Shown here piece by piece: positions 51,881 through 64,000 of a stretch of 64,000 bases of DNA (positions within the stretch are counted from its first letter, which is position 1; each line of letters opens with the position of its first letter). The DNA comes from the human T2T-CHM13v2.0 reference genome, Homo sapiens. Position numbers and translations under genes: made by a program. The notes under the pieces were generated by a model, which did not search any database, was not told the DNA's origin, and was given only the letters and a program-made list of their open reading frames with translations. Location of the stretch: the NCBI RefSeq assembly GCF_009914755.1, contig NC_060942.1; one strand, written 5' to 3'.

Positions 51881-54029
51881 TGATTAATCAAATTAGCATT
51901 TACTCAGGGCTCATTACTTTAGGATATAAAGTAATAAATACTTAAGTAGGGTTCTCTTCTCAAAGTACTTACAGCCTACATTTCTGCCCCACCTGAAATT
52001 CAGGCTTACTAAGAAAGAAAAAATAACCAGACAGAAAACAACTCCTTAAGTAACTCATAACTTGACTTCTAAATTAATAAATTTATTTTTCTTTTCACAA
52101 TGCAGAAAATTTGTACCAGCTTTAAAAATATGCATGCAATAGTAGAAAGAGTATTCATATTTCAGGTTACATTTTTGTTAAAGGCATGTCAACGAGTGCA
52201 AAAACATTCAAGGGCATAAGTATGGCTATAGAATATAGATGTTTATAGCTATATATATGTATGCATGATTCACAAAGTCTTGTGTTGATTAATGTGACTG
52301 CTTATGTTTGACATATGAACAGATATAAAATGTATATACAGAAACAAACAAGGTAAATATGAATGATAAGTATGAAAATATACCAGGGATATTTTAGAAG
52401 CTTCTGAGAAGCACATGTTTTTTAATCAGAATCAATGGATGGATTATAAGCTTTCTAACAAGCTTTCCTTTAATTGATGAATAATATGGTAAGTACAATT
52501 ATGCAAATACTTTAGAGAATGAGAAGGTATAGAAAGGATTCTGTAAAACTGGAAGAATTACATAAAACATTTCCTCAAGCTTTTCTTTCCAACCCTTTCC
52601 AATGAGATTTTAAGCATAAGAGGATTTCAGTCTGAAATGCAAGGACAAAAATGTAAGATTACAGCAATTCTTAGTTAGCCTTACTTTTGGCCCTTGTAGT
52701 TCATGGATATAGAGGAGAGGAAGAAGTGTTTCCTTGAGGCTTGAAGAGTATTAGTCACAGGAGAAGATGTTTAGGGTTACAAATTATTTTGTGTCTGAGT
52801 TGACTGCCTTATCCCAAATGACAAAGGTGGCCATCTATAGCTTAATACACACATGTGCACATACATACAGGCACACACACACATACATATGCTGCATATG
52901 TTTATTTACAATATGCAAGGTCCTCTAAAGTGCAAGACCGATGGCAGGGATTTAAGAGTAGAAATCTTAATAGTCAATGAAAATCCCTAGACTTCTTTTG
53001 ATTTGCCCTGCTGTTAAACATGCACTAGATTTCGCTATTTTGTAAAAGTCTAATGTATGCCTTTGTCATTTCCCATTAATACATTCCATTTTAAAGTTCG
53101 ATGAGAGTTCTTCCCGACTAAAATAAACTTTTTGAAATAGAAATGTTTTATTCCGAATTACCACTATGAATTACACATGAATTTTATAATCATTCCTCCT
53201 TGGCTTTTAAATATTCAGCAAATGGTCAAAGACTGTTTTCATCGACTGGGCAGGAAACCATTCAAGTTTGTAGATGGCTCATGTGGTGAGATTTTATGAA
53301 TCTAACCTGTCCGTTTCACACATACAAATGCTTTTTCCATGATTTTTGAAATCCTCACTTATAAAGCAGTGAAATTACTATGAACTCTCGTGTTATCTTC
53401 AGGTAGATAACTAAACACTCTTTTGGCCAAAATATAGGAATGAAAAGACAAATAGAGTCTCAAAGCTGGAATATAATCGATGCTGGAATTAGACTTTCAC
53501 CAAGTAATCCTAAAAATACATCATAGTAAGTGTTGATTTGAAAGAAATACTGTCATTTCTCAATAAGGTGTTGAACTAATTACCCTTAAACTGCCTTTGA
53601 GTCACTTTCTGTGATTTTCATGAGATGGTAATGTTGGTATATATTGTTTTAAGCAATGCATTAATGCTTGCCAAATATTAAGTGAAAAAATAAAAAGCAA
53701 AGTGAAAATTTTATCTATTCTTTCAAGATCAACCTTATGTGAATTGTTCAAGCTGAATAGCATTGAACTACCCATACATACTTCCATGTTAGACTCAGAA
53801 TTTTAAAACTGGAAAAAAAAAAGCCTGCAGATAATTTACTTTTTTTAGCAGCAGAAAATGTTCTGATAGAACTTTATATTAATGTGGAAGGTCAGTATAT
53901 AGAAGAGATCAACATAACACTAATTTGCTGGAAAGTGTTAAAAAGTTGGGAAAGGCAATACAAGAACCACTCCACCTACAGTAACACTTGAAGGAATTCC
54001 ACATAACTTGAAAACACAGATTACAGTTC

Positions 54030-54255
54030 AAACTTCTCAATTTACAAAGTAAGAAACTGAAGTCAAGAAAAGTTCAGTGACTTGACACAGTAATGTTTGA
54101 GTTTGCAAACATGAGAAGTTACAGAAGGTATTCTGGACCTTCTAGATCTTCAAAATAGGAAACCGAAATCCAGGACAGTTCAGTGACTTACTCTAAAGAG
54201 TCCGTGACTCTCTCTACAACACAGCCAGAGCTGGGAGTCAGAGCTCCTGTCTTTC
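54030..54255 (-). mobile_element. MIR remnants (two pieces)
   Basis: TTTACAAAGTAAGAAACTGAAGTC..GA.AAGTT.AGTGACTTG and GGAAACCGA..TCCAG...AGTGACTT. Confidence 0.55.
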
Positions 54256-54566
54256 ATTTTTTTAATGCAGTGGCTTTTCCCAGGTCTTCCTGTGTTTGTT
54301 CTCCTTTCACCGAATTTGAGGTAGAAAACATTCTGTTGTTCTTTTCTCCACATGATCTCCCTGAAGGGTTTATATGCTTGTCACCAGCAACTACAGTTTC
54401 TCTGAATTGTTTTCAAGCCCCAGTGGACAAATATGATAAAAAGAAAAGGAAGGTAAATATGTTTATCAACTATTTATAACTCATGTGCTGTTTACACAAG
54501 CTCTTACAATTTCCAATGAATTCTCCTACTCCTTAAGGCTATCCTGGTGAGCCATCCCTGCAGGTA

Positions 54567-54568
<2 letters not shown>

Positions 54569-54610
<42 letters not shown>

Positions 54611-54742
54611 ATATATATATATATAATTTTATATATATATAATTTTATATATATAATAATATGAAATACATATTATACATAAAATAATATATACTTTATA
54701 TATTATATAAAATATGTTATATATTTTATGTATTATATATTT

Positions 54743-54778
<36 letters not shown>
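54569..54778. repeat. Compound (TA)n / AT-rich palindromic repeat
   Basis: About 210 bp almost entirely A/T, with pure TA runs at both ends. Confidence 0.95.
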
Positions 54779-54780
<2 letters not shown>

Positions 54781-55039
54781 ATTTTTGCTATTGAGGAATC
54801 TTTTTTTTATTAAACTGAGAAGTCATATATACTTGCGTGTCTGGAAATACATCTGTAATAACTGACCCTACCCTTCGTTGCCTTCAATTGTAAAATCATA
54901 TTTGTTAATGGATTTCACTTTGCAAGTCTCAAGCTTTTACACAGACATATTGCTTTTTTTCAGCTCATCACAAAGCCTATAGAGATAGGAACCTATTGCT
55001 TTAATTACAGCAGAGAGATAATCTTTACCTCTCTGAGGC

Positions 55040-55150
55040 ATAGTCCAGGTAACAGACGCCTGGAGTCTGCTTACCACTAAAGACTTTGTGACCTTGGGCA
55101 ATGTACTTAACCTCTCTACGCCTTATTTTTCTCTTGTGAAAAATGAACAT
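55040..55150 (+). mobile_element. MIR core
   Basis: TGTGACCTTGGGCAA.GTACTTAACCTCTCT..GCCT. Confidence 0.7.
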
Positions 55151-55217
55151 GGGACTAATACATAATTGAATACATGAATGGATAGATCTACTATTTTCTT
55201 TTGTGTTTTCCTTCGAG

Positions 55218-55247
<30 letters not shown>
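55218..55247. repeat. (TG)n microsatellite
   Basis: Seen directly. Confidence 0.95.
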
Positions 55248-55250
<3 letters not shown>

Positions 55251-55434
55251 GTTTATGTATTTAAAATTGTTTTTAATGTTATAATAATATGCCAGCCACT
55301 CTTAGCTTGCTCATTTATAATTAGGAAAATGACATTTCCCCACACTATTAAAGGCATATTTTTAAAATCTTTGTTTAAATAGCCTTTTTCTTTTGAGTTA
55401 TGTTTTGAGAATACTGAGTCTCTATTTGTTGATG

Positions 55435-55801
55435 TTTTAAGCCTTTATTTTAGGTTCAGGGGTACATGTGCAGGTTTGTTATGTAGGTAAACTGCATCAC
55501 AGGAGTTTGTTTTACAGGTTATTTCATCACCCAGGTTATAAGGACAGTACCCAATAGGTATTTTTTTTTTTCTGATCTTCTCCCTTCTCCCACCCTCCAC
55601 TCAGAAAAAGGCCCAAGCGTCTGTGGTTCCGTTTTTTCTGTCCATGTGTTCTTGTTGTTTAGCTCCCGCTTATAAGTGAGAACATGTGGTATTTGGTTTT
55701 CTGTTTCTGCGTTAGTTTGCTAAGGATGATGGCCTTCGACTCCATCCACGTTGCTTTAGAGGACATGATCTCATTATTTTATGGCTGTGTAATACTCCAT
55801 G

Positions 55802-55844
<43 letters not shown>

Positions 55845-58141
55845 CATATATACACACACATATATATGCATATGTGTATATGTATGTGTGTGTATATATA
55901 TACGTATATACATACATGTATAAAAAATGTGATATATGATAAAGAAAATGTGATATATATATACACATTCTTTTATATATGTATATATGATATATATATA
56001 TACCTATTCTTTTGGATATATACTCAATGATGGGATTGCTAAGTCAAACGGCAATTCTCTTTTCAGCTCTTTGAGGAATCTTCATAATGGCTGAACTAAT
56101 TTACATTTCCACCAGCAGGGTATAAGGATTTTCTTCTCTCCACAACCTCACCAGCACCTGTTATTTTTTGACTTTTTAATAATAGTCATTCTGATTAGTG
56201 TGAGATGGTATCTCATTGCGGTTTTGATTTGCATTTCTCTAATGATTAGTGATATTGAGCATTTTTTCATATTCTTGTTGACTGTATGTATGTCTTCTTT
56301 TGAACAGTGTCTTTTCAAGTCCTTTGCCTAGTTTTTAATGGGGTTGTTTAGTATTTTTTTTGTAAATTTAAGTTCATTATAGATTCTGGATATTATGCCT
56401 TTGTCAGATATTATGCCTTTGTCAAATATTTTATCCCATTCTGTAGGCTGTCTGTTCATTCTCTTGATAGTTTCTTTTCATGCAGAGGCTCTTTAGTTTA
56501 ATTAGGTTCCATTTCTCAATTTTTGTTTCTATTGCAATTGTTTTTGGCTTCTTCATCCTGAAATCTTTGCCAGGTCCTATGTTTAGAATGGTATTTCCTA
56601 GCCTATCTTCCAAGGTTTTTAAATAGTTTTAGGTTTAATATTTAAGTCTTTAATCCATCTTGAGTTGATTTTTGTATATAGCTTCAGGAAGGGGTCCAGT
56701 TTCAATCTTCTGCATATGGCTAGGCAGTTATTCCAGGACCATTTATTAAATAGGGAGTCTTTTCCCCTTTGCTTGTCATGTTGTTTTGTAGTAGTAGTAA
56801 CTGGTGGTAAGTATGCAGCATTATTTCTGGGCTCTCTATTCTATTTTATTTGTCTAAGTGTCTGCTTTTGTACCAGTACCATGCTGCTGTGGTTACTGTA
56901 GCCTTGTAGTATAGTTAGAAATTGGGTAATGTGATGCCTCCAGCTTCGTTCTTTCTGCTTAGGATTACCTTGGCTATTTAGGCTCTTTTTCTTTTTTGGT
57001 TCCATGTAAATTTTAAAATAGTTTTTTTTTCTAAGTCTGTGAAAAATATGATTAGTAGTTTGATAGAAATAGCATTGAGTCTATAAATTGCTTTGCGCAA
57101 TGTACTAGTCAGGGTTCTCTAGAGGGACGAAATGAATAGGTCAGACGTATATATGAAAGGGAGTTAATTAAAAATAACTGACTCACATGATCACTAGGTG
57201 AAGTCCCACAATAGGCCATCTGCAAATTGAGGAGCAAGGAAACCAGCAGTGGCTCATTCCGAGTCCAGAAACCTCAAAAGTAGGGAAACCAACTTTGTAG
57301 CCTTCAGTCTGTGGCCAAAGGCCTGAGAGCGCCTGGCAAATTACTGGTGTAAGTTCAAGAGTGAAAAAGCTGAAAAACTTAGAGTCTGATGTTCAAGGGC
57401 AGGAAGCATCCAGCACAGGAGAAAGATGAAGGCCAGAAGACTCAGCAAGTCAGCTTCTTCCACCTTCTTCTGCCTGCTTTATCTAGCCACGCTGGCAGCA
57501 GAGTGGATGGTGCCCACCCCCATTGTGGATGGGTCTTCCTGAGGGTGGGTCTTCCTCTCCCAGTACACTGACTCAAATGTTAATTTCTTCTGTTAACACC
57601 CAGAAACACCCAGATACACCCGGAAACAATATTTTTTGCATCCTTCAATCCAATCAAGTTGACACTTATCCATCGTGGGCAATATGGCCATTTTAATGAT
57701 ACTGATTCTTCCTATCCGTGACCATGGAATGTTTTCCATTTTTTTGTGTCATATTTAATTTCTTTCAGCAGCGATTTGTAATTCTTGTTGTAGAGATCTT
57801 TCACCTTCCTGGTTAGGTGTATTCCTAGGAATTTTATTCTTTTTGTGGCAATTCTGAATGGGATTGTGTTCCTAATTTGACTCTCGGCCTGGATGTTGTT
57901 GGTATATAGGAATACTACTGATTTTTGTACATTGATTTTGTATCTTGAAACTTTGCTGAAGTTGTTTATCAGATCAAGGAGCTTTTGGACAGAGACGTTG
58001 GGGTTCTCTAAATATAGAATCATGTTATCCACAAATAGGGACAGCTTGAATTCTTCTCTTCCTATTTGGATACATTTTATTTTATCCTTCTACCCGATTG
58101 CTCCAGCCAGGACCTCCAGTACTATGTTGAATAGGAATGGC
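55435..58141 (-). mobile_element. 5'-truncated L1PA13-15-like element, interrupted by an MLT2A LTR and a (TG)/(TA) microsatellite at ~55805-56000
   Basis: TTCAGGGGTACATGTGCAGGTTTGTTA...TTATTTCATCACCCAGG 3'UTR; ORF2 remnant peptide MILYLENP...[17 protein letters not shown] (57712-58032). Confidence 0.92.
57101..57677 (-). mobile_element. MLT2A (MLT2A2-like) ERVL solo LTR nested in L1
   Basis: TGTA.TAGTCAGGGTTCTCTAGAGGGAC ... GCATCCTTCAATCCAATCAAGTTGACACT; 5-bp TSD CGCAA/GGCAA; L1 sequence resumes in register. Confidence 0.92.
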
Positions 58142-58262
58142 TTGGAAATTTTTTAAATGCAAAAAGGAAAAGAGATATATCTATACTTGCATAACCATTG
58201 AACACTTTCACCTTGGCATGTTTACTTCCAGAGGCAGTTTTCCAAAAAAACAAAAACTTTCA

Positions 58263-58560
58263 GACCAGGTATAGTGGCTTATGCCTGTAATTTCAGCACT
58301 TTAGGAGGCTGAGGCAGGAGGACTGCTTGAGCCCAGAAGTTCAAGACAAACTTGTGCAACATAGTAGATGCCATCTCTAAAACAAAATAAATACATTTGC
58401 CAAGCATGGTGGCGTGCGCCTGTAATCTCAGCTACTCAGGAGAGTGACATGGGAGGAGCACTTGAGCCTGGGAGGTCGAGGCTGCAGTGAGCCATGATTA
58501 TACCATTGCACTCCAGCCTGGGCAATGGAGAGACATTGTGTCTAAATAAATAAATACATA
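58263..58560 (+). mobile_element. AluJ
   Basis: GGAGGA..GCTTGAGCCCAG and GGAGGTCGAGGCTGCAGTGAGCCATGAT are J-type diagnostics; (TAAA)n tail. Confidence 0.93.
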
Positions 58561-58849
58561 CATGTTCATGTTTTTATTCAAGGGCATAATTGATGAAGTC
58601 CCTGCTGAAAAAGAACATCTCTCATAGCAGATTTACCTTCTCATTCCTCCTCTCATTTGCCCACCTTTGGATCTTTAGTATCTAAAGTATTTGTTTCACC
58701 CTGTTCAGGTTTATAATGATGGAATTCTTTTCAGTAACCATTATTTCCATTGTGTTTACTTTTATTTCTATATATAACCATATTCAAAACATACCACCAA
58801 TTATTTTACTACAATGCCTAACTGGGTGGCTGATGTTCTTAATTGCTTA

Positions 58850-59700
58850 GATTTTGTTGTTAGGTTTATTCTAGAAAGTGCTGTATTTCCTGAGCACTTT
58901 TCATAATTGACAAAGTGGATTTGTATATAAAAGATTCTGTATAATATTCTTGGGTAACATTACTCCATTGTATTCTGATATTGGATATTATCATATGGAA
59001 ATCTGATTCCCTTTCACTTCTTGTAGATGTGTTTTGATTTTGGTTTTTCTTTCTGGATGTTCAAATAATTTACTCTTCATCTTATATCTTATATATCTTT
59101 ACGCCTCATCTTGTATCTTAAATAAGATATATCTCTATCTTTTGAGATTTATGTACTCAGTTTCCCGGAAACACAGTCTTTCAATCTGAAAATTTATTTT
59201 CCCAGAAAAGTATCCTATTCTTTAACTTTGAATATATATTCTGTCCCATTTGTGGGCTTATGGCATCAGGAATGCCAGTTATTTTAATACTGCATCATCT
59301 TTCTTTGTACTCTTTTTTTTTGTACAAACTCAGCCCTAATTACTTTAATTCCTTCACCCTTCTCATTTACATTCACTCTGATGATATCGAGTCTGATACA
59401 TGTTGGTAATTTGATATTTGGTGGCATCTATTATGAGACTTGTACTTTCTAATTTATGTATTAGTTATATAATGATGTTGTTTTGGTCCTTGATTCATTT
59501 CCTTAGGTCCACTAACTCCCTTTTCATTTAATTCTGTTGTTTTATCCTCCAGTCTTTGACCTCTAGCTCTATTGAATTTATTTTCATTTTAAATGAATCC
59601 ATTGTGTGAAGCAACTTGAAAAATTTCTTTGTGTCTCTACCCTATATTTTCTTCTGGATTAAGTTCTTTGTTTCTTAAATTAAATCTCTCTCTTCTCTTC
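58850..59700 (-). mobile_element. HAL1 or ancient L1 ORF1-region remnant
   Basis: T-rich, with TTACTCCATTGT.TTCTG...GAAATCTGAT, CTTTCAATCTG and TCAGGAATGCCAGTTAT motifs typical of antisense HAL1/L1M. Confidence 0.5.
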
Positions 59701-60105
59701 CTCCCTCCCCATCCCCCCTTTTTCTTTCACTCTTTTGCATTATTGTTGGCTGTATTATGTTTCTATATTTACTATGCCTGTCTTTTATCTTGATCATGTG
59801 GGAGTGGCACTGTCCAGACATTCTACTTGCTCTAATGTAGTATAGGTTACTTCTAGACTTACTTGTCATCCTTCTTGGGATCCCTTAAGCTCCAGTTTGA
59901 AGTCTGGATGTTTCACGTTTTGTGTACTTTTAAATAACCAGGCATGGTAGGGGAATGAGTTTAGTTGAAGCAGCATTCAAACTCATTTAGGATACCTAGC
60001 TTTGCTGGCTAGTACTGTCTCCTACTCTTGTTTGTGGGAGAAGGGGCTGTTCTCAAGTTTCCAATTAGCTGTTCATTTCATTGATGGTCCATAAGCCTTA
60101 CCTTA

Positions 60106-60526
<421 letters not shown>

Positions 60527-61296
60527 TCATAATTTTGCATTCATTGATGTTCGGCGGTGTTAGTGAGAATTCTTAGACTTTCCCCCAAATTTCAGGAAAA
60601 TTTCTGGGGTTTAAGGGAAGATAAGAAAGTAAATCCTTTTTCTGTTTTACTCCAGAAACACTTGTTTTGATTTTGTTGTTTTTATTTGCTATTGCTATGC
60701 TTTCTTTTCATTCTTTGACTGCTGTGGGTGATTTTTATGTGTCGATGTATATACTAGGATTTACTTTTTATTTCATTAGGAATTAAGAGAGGGAAATTCA
60801 GTTATGTGTTATAATCTACCATTCCCTCATAGAAAATCTACTAATAAGAAATGGGAAAAACAAATTTTCTATTATGTTTTAGTGTACTTCTGTAATGCAG
60901 TTAAAAAGACAGAGAAATAGTTCTCATGCATGACAGAAACATTTATTCTACGCTTTTAGAATAGCCACATCTTTTCCTCTCAAATACCAACAGGGAATAC
61001 TAGAAAATATTTGACTGAGGAAAAATAATAGCTCTCAAATTTCTGTCAGTATGCATTGTTTGGGAACAGGATAATTTATTTTGGATATTTATTATTTGTG
61101 GCATCAAACAACACACATGATTTAACACTTAAATCTTGTTTTCCTTAACATGGTCTCATTTAGTTCACAGCTAAAACAGAAAATTCGACAAAGAAAGACG
61201 TTTATCAATTGTATATGTATGGATATATATTTGTGTGAGTCTATGTGTGTGCAGGACACTTTATTCTGTGTGATCATATATTTTATATAGAAGAAG

Positions 61297-61604
61297 AGTG
61301 GTCCCTCAGTATTTGTGGGGGATAGGATCTAGGTCTAGGATCTCCTGCAGATACCATAATCTGTGAATGCTCAAATTCCTGATATATAATGTTGTAATAT
61401 TTGCATATAACCTACGTCAATCCTCCCATATATTTTAAATCATCTCTAGATTACTCATACTTAATGCAGTGTAAATGCTGTGTAAATAGTTATTAAGCTG
61501 CATTTACATATTTTATTTTTTATAGTTGTATTGTTATTTTTTTATCTGCAGTCGGTTGAATCCTTGACTGTAGAACCCACAGATATATATGAAGGACCAG
61601 CTAT
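61297..61604. mobile_element. MER2 (TcMar-Tigger)
   Basis: GTCCCTCAGTAT.TGTGGGGGAT...ATATTTGCATATAACCTAC...TTTAAATCATCTCTAGATTACT...GGTTGAATCC...GAACCCACAGATA. Confidence 0.9.
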
Positions 61605-61779
61605 ATAAAATCTTAATTCTCATTAGAGAATGTATAAAATTATCTCATATGAGAATATATATATAAATATAAATATGTGTGTATATGTAGGCTCACACAC
61701 ACACGCAAGCTTAATTGTTGGAGAGTTGCCAATAACTATCAAAAGCCATCAATAGCACATGAATTATTTCCAGCCACTA

Positions 61780-62160
61780 TATTAACAAAAGCGTAGCAAT
61801 AATGTCAGTAAGTATATAGAATTTGGACCCAGAGATAATCCTCCCATTATTATTATCACAGGCTTGAACCTCACAAAATTGTGCTCTCAGTTTGATCCTA
61901 GGCTCCACAATTAGAGAGATGGAAAGCTTAGTCTGGATTTAGAAAGAAGCAACTCTGATTACAGGAAGAGCTGGAACTAAGGAAGGGCAATGGGATTATT
62001 TGTCTGGCTAAAGAAAATTGTGTGGAGAGATCTAGAATCGTTTCCTAGCATATATGAAGGACACTAAATGTTCTTCATTCCCACAGCACATACAGCTGAA
62101 TTTTTAGATAGAAGTGTTTCTCAGCAAATTGTGCTCACGAGAAGTATACTATTAGGGTTT
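61780..62160 (+). mobile_element. L3/CR1 remnant
   Basis: CAGTTT...GGCTCCACAATT, ATGGGATTATTT.TCTGG..AAGA and ATAT.TGAAGG are CR1-like motifs. Confidence 0.45.
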
Positions 62161-63375
62161 GAAAATAAAATTCAAAGGTCTAACATTTTATTTCTCTAGG
62201 ATTATTAAAATATTGTCATTGCCAATGATAGCAGAATAGCTTACTATTTGTCCTAATATTCTATAGGTGCAATTGGTATGAACTTTAGAATAAAAGAATC
62301 CCCTTATATCTTAAATGTTGTTCCCCGCTTAGATTTTCCAAAGCGATTACTCATCTGCAGCCAGAAGATGACTGATTGCCAAGGGATTTGCCGTTGAGGA
62401 CTGAACTACACTTATGCCTGGTCATCTATAAATATTTATGAAGCACCTATCCCATGCTTGGCCTTGGGGACACAAAGATAAATAAGACAATCCATGTTCT
62501 TAAGGCGTTAGTAGCTTAGTGAATTCATATCCAGATTGATGCCACAATGGGATGAATTGCTGTAGAACCAACTGCTTTTCTGTCATGTGGTTTTCAGTAA
62601 TAATATATTTACTTTCATTTGAGAAAACATGTATAAAAGTAAATATCCCACTTGGGCTTACACCTGTGTCAGGAAAAAAGTTAATACATATTCCAGAAAT
62701 TGTCAGAGCACCCAAGCACATTCCCCTCATCATGGAAATAATCACTGCCAGATGAGATTGAAACATCTTTTGGAATAGAAAATGCTTAGAATGAAATCCA
62801 TACCTTGAAATCCATTTTTCTAGTACAGTAGAAGGGCCATTCATTATTAATAGAATGTAACTTAAGTATGCTTTTATTTCCAACGTGTAATACATTCTAC
62901 TCTCTTAAGGCTAGAAACCAACTTAACCTAAATGTTTAGACAGTATAGTCAGGTATGTGTGAGAGACACTCGTATGGAGAATCAAATGCAAATCTCAACA
63001 ACCAATCCTATGAGAGAGTACAGATATGTAGGTAGGAGAAAGTAAACTAGAGAGAAATATTAAGCAGACTTCAAGTCACTTGTCACGTAAGAAAAGGCCG
63101 GGAGAGAAGCTCTGAATAGGACAGAAGATGCATCATCACAGCACCTTCCTTAAAAAAGAGGGGAAGGAAGGAGTATGCATTTAAAGATCAAGTTAGCCAA
63201 ATACAAGTTACTTTGGCAACAAAAGTTGGTGCAGGAAGAATAGAAACTATCGGGTTGCATTTCTCATCTCACACTTGACAAGTCTCTTAGAAATACCGTT
63301 ACCTAGAATGAGAATTTTGTTAAGGTATGTTTAACATGGAAGCTTGTATTTATAAAGAATATTTTTCCTCTTAGG

Positions 63376-63725
63376 TGTATTAGTCCATTCTCACACTGCT
63401 ATAAAGGTACTACCTGAGACTGAGTAACTTATAAAGAAAAGAATGTTTAATTGACTCAGTTCTGCATGGCTGGGGAAGCCTTTGGAATCTCACAATCACG
63501 GCGAAAGGCAAAGGGGAAGTTAGATACATGTCTTCACAAAGCGGCAGGAGACAGGAAGTGCCACAGTTTAAAACCATCAGCTCTCCTGAGAACTCACTAT
63601 CATGAGAACAGCATGGGGGAACTGCCCCTATGATCCAGTCATCTCCCACCAGATCCCTTTCTCAACACACGGGGATTACAATTCGAGATGAGATTTGGGT
63701 GGGCACACAGAGCTAAACCACACCA
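63376..63725 (-). mobile_element. THE1 (THE1D-like) MaLR solo LTR
   Basis: TGTATTAGTCCATTCTCACACTGCTATAAAG...GAGAACTCACTATCATGAGAACAGCATGGGGGAA...GAGATGAGATTTGGGTGGG.ACACAGAGC.AAACCA. Confidence 0.92.
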
Positions 63726-64000
63726 ATATGTTATCTCCAAACCTGCATTCAATGCCAGATGGCTTCCTTCGTAGTAATCTGAATGTGGTTGCATGTGAAA
63801 CAATGGCTCCTTAAAGTGAAATTATCTGTTTATACTATTTTGATACTGCACTTGAAATAACCCATTTGTTTTGGATTTAGAGGTAGCCCAATTTGGCAGC
63901 AAACTCATCCTAGACATTTGGTGTGATTAGTCTTTTCAAATATATGCATTCCAGAGAAGATTAATGGCCTTATTATGTCCAGTATTTCAACAAAAATGAA

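Noticed and set aside
55684-56030. ORFs rich in CV, HT or YI dipeptides
   Set aside because: They are translations of (TG)n/(TA)n microsatellite inside an L1 3'UTR.

Overview
This is AT-rich, CpG-poor primate genomic DNA, probably human on the evidence of one L1HS-diagnostic base. It looks intronic or intergenic. I find no credible host protein-coding exon: the ORFs in the track are L1 ORF2 remnants, Alu or microsatellite read-through, or chance ORFs. The window is a mosaic of Alus (J, S, Y), L1s (L1HS/L1PA/L1M/HAL1), L2, L3/CR1, MIRs, MaLR/ERVL/ERV1 solo LTRs and MER/Tigger DNA transposons, plus micro- and minisatellites. Repeat family names come from recalled consensus sequences, not a database search, so subfamily calls are tentative. 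The most interesting structures are retrotransposition products and one hairpin. (1) At 42358-42624, an L1MA 3' end and a 5S rRNA 5' fragment are joined head-to-head inside one target-site duplication (TSD). (2) At 30646-30766, a ~22-nt L1HS-type stub carries a 26-nt 3' transduction and a second pure poly(A). (3) At 24393-24562, a CpG-intact truncated AluY has no TSD. (4) At 23641-23729, there is an unexplained 36-bp-arm hairpin. I do not see evidence for a new multi-gene biological system.
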